A stretch of DNA of 63,727 nucleotides, counting the filler, from Collodictyon triciliatum (lineage: Eukaryota): NCBI GenBank assembly GCA_043381765.1. It is 4 parts of 4 records of this genome, joined end to end, with 100 filler letters (N's around TTAATTAATTAA, not from the genome) between each part and the next. Parts side by side here need not be neighbours in the genome. Positions count along the whole stretch, not along the records: positions 39,798 to 62,579 come from JBHJMP010001137.1; positions 62,680 to 63,727 come from JBHJMP010001324.1; 2 more parts are not named here. The stretch is one strand, 5' to 3'. The notes under the pieces were generated by a model. It did not search any database. It was not told the DNA's origin and saw nothing but the letters and a program-made list of their open reading frames with translations. The position numbers were made by a program, and so were the translations under genes. This document shows positions 57,761 to 63,727 of this stretch, one piece after another (positions within the stretch are counted from its first letter, which is position 1; every line of letters starts with the position of its first letter).

Positions 57761-60700
57761 TCAAGAAGGTGGTGTGGATGACAAGGAATGCGTATCAGAA
57801 TCCAACGCCCGGCTCTGCTTCAATCTCTCTGTTTCTTGCATGTTCTTTTCAAGGGTTTGCAATAGAGACCTCTGCCGCCGCGCATCGCTTACACCTCCGC
57901 TCGCCCCATGCGTGGGTGTCACTGATGTTCTTGCGCTTGAGCCTGCATTGTGAATCGTCGAGCGAATACCAATGGGATTATTTGCGTCAGCTGTGCGACT
58001 TGACAGGACAGACGGGGCTGTGGATTGGATATATGTGACTGTACTTCGCCGCAATGACCCGGGCGCCTGGAATCCCCGACTTGTCCCTAACGTGCTGTTT
58101 GGCTGATTGACTTGTGCTGCTGCTTGGCTGGTGTTTGCAAGTGCAGTCCCGCGCGGAGACACAATAGATGCGACATCAGAACTAGTTAGGCCTGATGTAG
58201 TCAATAGACTCTGCGGGACAGAGTTTGATGAAGCAAGTGGAGTGGCTGTTGCATTGGGTGACTGTGCAAGGTTGGAATACTCTGTAAGTTTTTTCTGTAA
58301 TGATTGGCGGTAGGTGCGCTCGTCATCCAGCATCATCTTTACATTTTTCACCTCACTTTGCAGTGAAATGACATGGCGGTGGAGCTTCTCGCTGTGCATT
58401 TGCTCTTGTTGAAGTAAAACTCGCAGTGTGTCTGCAGTTTGTGCGCTGTCTCCAGAGGGGAGAGCCGAGAAGCGGCGTACCTCGTGCAGACGAGTGAGCT
58501 CCTTTTCTTTATAGATGAGGTTTGCAGACATTTCGCTGATTTGTTGCTTCGATGTACTTAATGCAGAGTGTGCTTCGGATAGTGCGCTTTCATGAAGACT
58601 TTGCCAATCACGCTGGTCTCGTTCAAACTGGGATTTCAAGGACTCCACTGTTTTTGTCAATCTGGCAATTTTGCTTTCATATTCTCGAATGGCTTTCTGG
58701 TGGCGCTCAGATTTTTGTTGCAGAGCCTCTTTTGCCTTGGATAGCGCTGAAGATAATTCATTCACCTTTTCTATCAACTTGAGCTTCTCAGAAGTAATGT
58801 TTGTCAGCTCGACCGTTTTTTCATCCAGTGATTTTTTGACACTCTGGATATCAGGCCCCGAGTTATCTGCGCCGGAGACCTGCGTGATGGGAGACGACAT
58901 TTCTGTTTTGTTCTGGTTGGCCTCACTTCCTGTATCTGCCATCGAGGCTAGTCGTATCCATTCGTGTCTTATCACGTCGATGAAATCATCATGGTTGCAT
59001 TGTAATTCCCATTCATCGAGTAATTGCTTCAAGCTAGACATCGTTTCCTCGTATTTTTCTTTGAATCCCATACTCTCCTCCTGTTCTGACTTTGTCTGTC
59101 TGAGTTCATCTGAAAGCTTAGTCGTTGTCGATTCCGATAGGGAGCGATCCCTTTTTTGAGTCGTCTCGGATAACTGCTTCCTCAAATCTTCGTTATCACG
59201 TTCGAGACTTGCTACAAGGGTCTCATAAATACCTGATGATTGAGCACTTGTCTCTAATCTTTGCTGAGCCTGTTTCAAGTTTCCTTCCACGGTTCTCCTC
59301 TTGTAGTCCGATTGGCTTCTTCCATTCTTTTCTTCCTCTAGTCGCTTTTCCAACACACTGATTTGGGACTTCAGCTCGATGTTTTGCTCCATGTAATCTT
59401 GGTCGTTTGAATTCAAAGACCGCTGAGTAGTGTTTTGATGGCTTGGTTTAGGGCTGCTTACAGAGGCTCGAATGCTATACCTCGATTCTAGGTCAGATTT
59501 CTCATCACCCACCGCCGACTTTTTCTGATCTGATTTCAAAATCCCTTCCAAACGATTAAGTTGGGAGTAAACTAACTCTTCAAGCCGCAGCAACGACTTA
59601 TCTTCGGGTATCTGAGGCTTTAAAGAAGTCGACTTTGGCAAATAACCCGGCTCTGCTTGTGACTCCATTTTGACTTCTTTCATCGGTTCTATATATAAAG
59701 AAAGGATATCAGTTGTTGTTGTTGTTGTTTAGTTTTGAAATTTTTACCAAATTATTGAGGATTTTAGGAGGGAACAGTATAAATTATGAATATATGAAAG
59801 AATACTTAAAGTGTTTGATATAATTGAAGATGGCATCGATTCTGTCTCATCTAAGTCGTTCAACATGGATATAGCGTCTTGCATCTTTTTCATCCTACTT
59901 GATGCTGCAGGGTCTCCAGAAGGACCTGCCTTATTTGAGAGCTCTGATACGTCTATCGAGAGTGATCTTGAAGAGGGCGTCATACTTGACGGAGAGTAGG
60001 ACCTTGATGTGCCAATGGTAAATGAGGAGCCTTGGCCAATTTTATCGCCTGGCAATTTGTGTGGGTGTGATATCAACGATGTTGCAGAATTTGTTTCCTT
60101 CTGGCTATTAGCCGCGCGCATGCTTGCAGTTTTTTCGTATTCTAATAAGTCAGCTTTCATAGATTCAAGGTCCTTTAGGAGTTTCTTGTTTTCTGAATCT
60201 AATCGTCTGTTTTCTGCTTCGAGTTTTTGCATCTTGTCTCGAGAAACAGATAGCTTCTTGTTTGCTTCTTCCATGCATTGTTTCAACTCTTCATAGTACA
60301 TCCCGCTCAACTCTTCTTTGACTTCGATGCTATTCAGCTTCAGCGCTAAGTTTTGGCATTCAGTTTGATAATAGGTAACTTGACTTTCGAGAAATTTTAC
60401 AAGTGCAACCAGAACAGTAGATCGGGCAGGTAGCTTTACCGAGAAGTGACTTAGAGGCACTGAGCCTTCGACAACTTTCTAGTTTCTGAGTATATCAAAT
60501 TGTCATATTACACTAGTACCAGGCATTGCTTCTTTGTTTCTTTGTTTGTTATGTTATTTTATGTTTTTTTTTTTCGTATTTTTGTTTTGAACGGTAACGC
60601 ATCTTACAGGATAGATATTTTAAAAAAAAAGGAATAATTGACTACGCACTTCGTTATGACCATGGTTGATGAATGAGATGTATTCCCGTGCAAAGGACCA

Positions 60701-62282
60701 TGCAAATATATGAATTTCCGGTATGATAAGTGAGTTTTTACAAATGCAATAACTATTCAATTTTTCGTGTTAAGTCTCATGCCACAAACCTTTGTAATTT
60801 CCGTGTATTGCTCCTCTGTTCTCCATAATTTTGCGACGCAAACACGAAGAGTGCTTTTTGAGGAATCTTTCGAATCCTCCACAAGTGTTGTAGAAAAGGC
60901 TGTATGAATATCTGATTTGGATAGTTAATCTACCGATTCAAAACGGGTTCATGTATATTGAAAAAAATCGGGTATCAGCCCACTTAAGAATGATTGACTG
61001 TTAAAATGAAGTCTCGTTTATGTATGATACAAAATCCTACCAAACAAGGAGTTTGAGGGAAGAAATAACGACTTTGTTTCGTTTAGAATATGCTCCAACA
61101 TTTCAAACGTAGATGCATTCGCCGAAAACATAAAGACCTTTAGTTCATAGTTTTCAAAACCATCTGGAACAGCTGGTGGATTCCGATTCACATTAGGACT
61201 CACCCTAAGCTGGTCAGAAAATTCTTCATGGTATTCTATCTATGAAACAGGCAAAAATGAGTGTGTAAAAAAGCAAATAAATAAAAATAAAAATAAAAAT
61301 TTTCAAAATAGCTGCTTATATTGAAAACCTTTCTTCCCTTGACCAGCTGCTCCCAACAGATACTCTGATGCAGTTGAAGTTCGATATCTTGAGAGGTAAG
61401 ACGTATTCCCTTTATTTCATTCCTGTAAAGGTGACTTTGGAACGCAGACCTCCACGCAAATCCCATAAAAACAATAAGCTCAGACCCTTGCCCGAACGGA
61501 TCTAATCGCACAGCAAACCAAAAGATTTTTTCGAATTCACTTTAAATGGTTTTTTTTCTATTCTCCCTTTCAATTTTGTGCAGGATGGCGGAGATAATTC
61601 ACTTTAAATAGTATTCGAAATACTGTAAAAAAAAAGCATAGGAACGTTTTTATTTTGTTTTTTCTATTGTTTTTTCTATTGTTTTTTCTATTGTTTTTTC
61701 TATTGTTTTTTCTATTGTTTTTTCTATTGTTTTTTCTATTGTTTTTTCTATTGTTTTTTCTATTGTTCTTATCTTTTGTTCAACAGAGACGGATGATATC
61801 ACCACGCCTTCTAAAGTGCGAAGAATGATAATACCTATTGATGAAGGGGGATCGACGGCCAAGGCAAAATGCCAATCTGTAGCGTCATGTGGAACAGTCC
61901 TCTTATCAGATGACAGAGCCCTTGCCAGCTTTTCAGAGCCGCCTACCTCGGCTGGAACTGAGCCGGATTTCAACTGGAGCAGAAGGGAGCGCATACGCTT
62001 GACCAGGTCAGACAGAACAGGCTCGGGTGCAGCGCGACGGTAGAGTACGGGAATAATGCAGCTGCCTTGCAAGTGGGGCGGCAATGAGAGTCGCTTGACG
62101 AGGCTTTGCCCGGTGTCTGAATGAGCGGCAAACTCGCGTCTTTGGCGATGTTCGGTTATGGCGTGTTTCAGGCAGCGATGCAACTCGGCCGAGTATCGCA
62201 CAGTCGGATCGATGTCTGTAAACGACTCCATCAGCCGCTCCAGCGTCGCAAGCTCCAGGATCGGGAAGGACAATACGCTCAT
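57761..62282 (-). CDS. large coiled-coil protein with globular N-terminal domain and S/T-rich tail
   Basis: ORFs 61650-62282, 61236-61511, 61018-61203, 59744-60460 and 57761-59683 can be joined by GT-AG introns; long E/K/L/Q heptad stretches. Confidence 0.7.
61658..61767. repeat. (TTTTTTCTATTG)n 12-mer minisatellite in an intron
   Basis: Directly visible; gives the TIEK repeat in the ORF track. Confidence 0.9.
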
Positions 62283-62534
62283 TTCTTGTGCTGGAGTGCG
62301 AAAAAAAAAAGAAGAAGAGGCTCCTTGGGTGCGCTGACTGGTACTCTGTTTCGGCTGCCTGAGTCTGCGGGGTTTTTGTGGACGTTGGCTCGGTATCTGA
62401 AGTGATCGGCCAAGTTATCGTCTGTGTCGTGCGTGGAGTCGAGCGCGTTGGCCTGTCTTTCATTAGTGTTTACCTTTTTTCTATTTCTTTATCCTTTCAT
62501 TTATTTAACGTGAAGACCTTTTTTTTTTCTTTTT

Positions 62535-62579
<45 letters not shown>

Positions 62580-62623
62580 NNNNNNNNNNNNNNNNNNNNN
62601 NNNNNNNNNNNNNNNNNNNNNNN

Positions 62624-62635
62624 TTAATTAATTAA
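62624..62635. other. artificial scaffold spacer TTAATTAATTAA
   Basis: Centred in an N run. Confidence 0.95.
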
Positions 62636-62949
62636 NNNNNNNNNNNNNNNNNNNNNNNNNNNNNNNNNNNNNNNNNNNNCGTGTTTCCGTGGGAAGTTTA
62701 CTAACTTCATCCTCGTTCAACATTAAAGACAATGGAGGATCCAGGCTATATTGTTTCCTGTTAAGGCATTTGAAGGAAACCTCCTTAAAAGAGTAATTTG
62801 ATGTGAGTTACGATATTGGACAATATAATATAGGTCTTTTGAACTGAAATAGAAAGGGCACCTTTGTTCTTTCCCCAGTAATTAATCTCTCGTCTCCTCT
62901 CTTTCTAAGTATGGTGCACAAAAAGGAGAAGACAGAGGCCCGTAACAAT

Positions 62950-63665
62950 GAATTAAAAAGAATAAAAAGGTACAGATTAAAATAACAAATAGACAATAAA
63001 GAAGAAAAAAGAAAAGAATAATAAAACGAAAAAAAGAAAAAAGAAAAAGAAACAAGGAAAAAAAGAAAACAAGAAAAACAGAAAAGAAAGTAAGATAAGA
63101 AAAAAAAGGAAGAAGAAAAAGAAGAAGGGGGAAAGAAAGGACGCAGCCAAAGAAAGAAGAAGAAAAATGAAAAGAAAGAAAAAAAAGAAACAGAACAAAG
63201 AATACATGAAAAAAAGAAAGCAACAAGAAAAAGAAAAGAGTAAAAAGAAGAAAAAAGAAGAAAGAAAAAAAAGAAAAGAAAAATGAAATAGAAAGAAAAG
63301 AAAAGAAAAAAAAAGGAAGAAGAAAAAAAAAAGCAAGAAAAAGAAAAAAAAAGAAGAAAAAGAAAAGAAATAAGAAAAAGAAAAAGAAAAGAAATAAGAA
63401 AGAAAATAAGAAAAAAAGAGAACAAAAAAGAACAGAACAAAAGATAAAAGAAAAAAAAAAGAGGCGAAGAAGAGGAAGAGAGAAAGAGGCAGAAGAGGAC
63501 ACACGGAAAAAAGAGGAAAAAGAAGACGAAGAGGAAAAGAGGAAAAAGAAAGAAAGAGAGGAGAATAAAGAGGCGAAGAAAGAAGGGAAAGAGGAAGAGA
63601 GTACAGCAAAAAAGAAAGAAAGGAAAAAACAAGAAAAAGACAACGAAAAAAGAAAAGAAAAAAGA
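62950..63665. repeat. ~700-bp A/G-rich low-complexity tract (pyrimidine-rich on the minus strand, probably intronic)
   Basis: Almost entirely A and G on the plus strand; produces spurious poly-F ORFs. Confidence 0.85.
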
Positions 63666-63727
63666 GTATCACAGATGAAGTTCTCACGGGCCGGTCGGGA
63701 TTGGTAGACTGTTCGGTCATCGTTTTG

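Noticed and set aside
62808-63720. Three overlapping poly-Phe 'membrane protein' ORFs
   Set aside because: Low-complexity pyrimidine tract open in all frames; not coding-like.

Overview
AT-rich, intron-dense eukaryotic (protist-like) nuclear DNA using the standard code, with mostly GT-AG introns of about 60-300 nt that are often filled with microsatellites or homopolymers. The window is four scaffolds (1-22825, 22926-39697, 39798-62579, 62680-63727) joined by artificial N-TTAATTAATTAA-N spacers, so adjacency across them means nothing. Recognisable genes: a giant WD40 / Cys-repeat / multi-TM surface protein, a NIPA Mg2+ transporter, Ap4A phosphorylase, a pseudokinase, TRIM37, two ankyrin proteins, CNOT9/RCD1, PPWD1, a Tubby C-terminus, GGTase-I beta, a PHD-TFIIS_M-SPOC protein and several orphans. 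Best leads: (1) a CRMP-like receptor carrying 20 extracellular WD40 repeats and a hidden signal-peptide exon; (2) a 2x6-TM adenylyl-cyclase-type membrane anchor with no catalytic domains; (3) a signal-anchored Ap4A phosphorylase; (4) a probable U12 minor intron; (5) a SAM-2TM-PH-like protein. All gene models and family assignments were read by eye; no database search was run.
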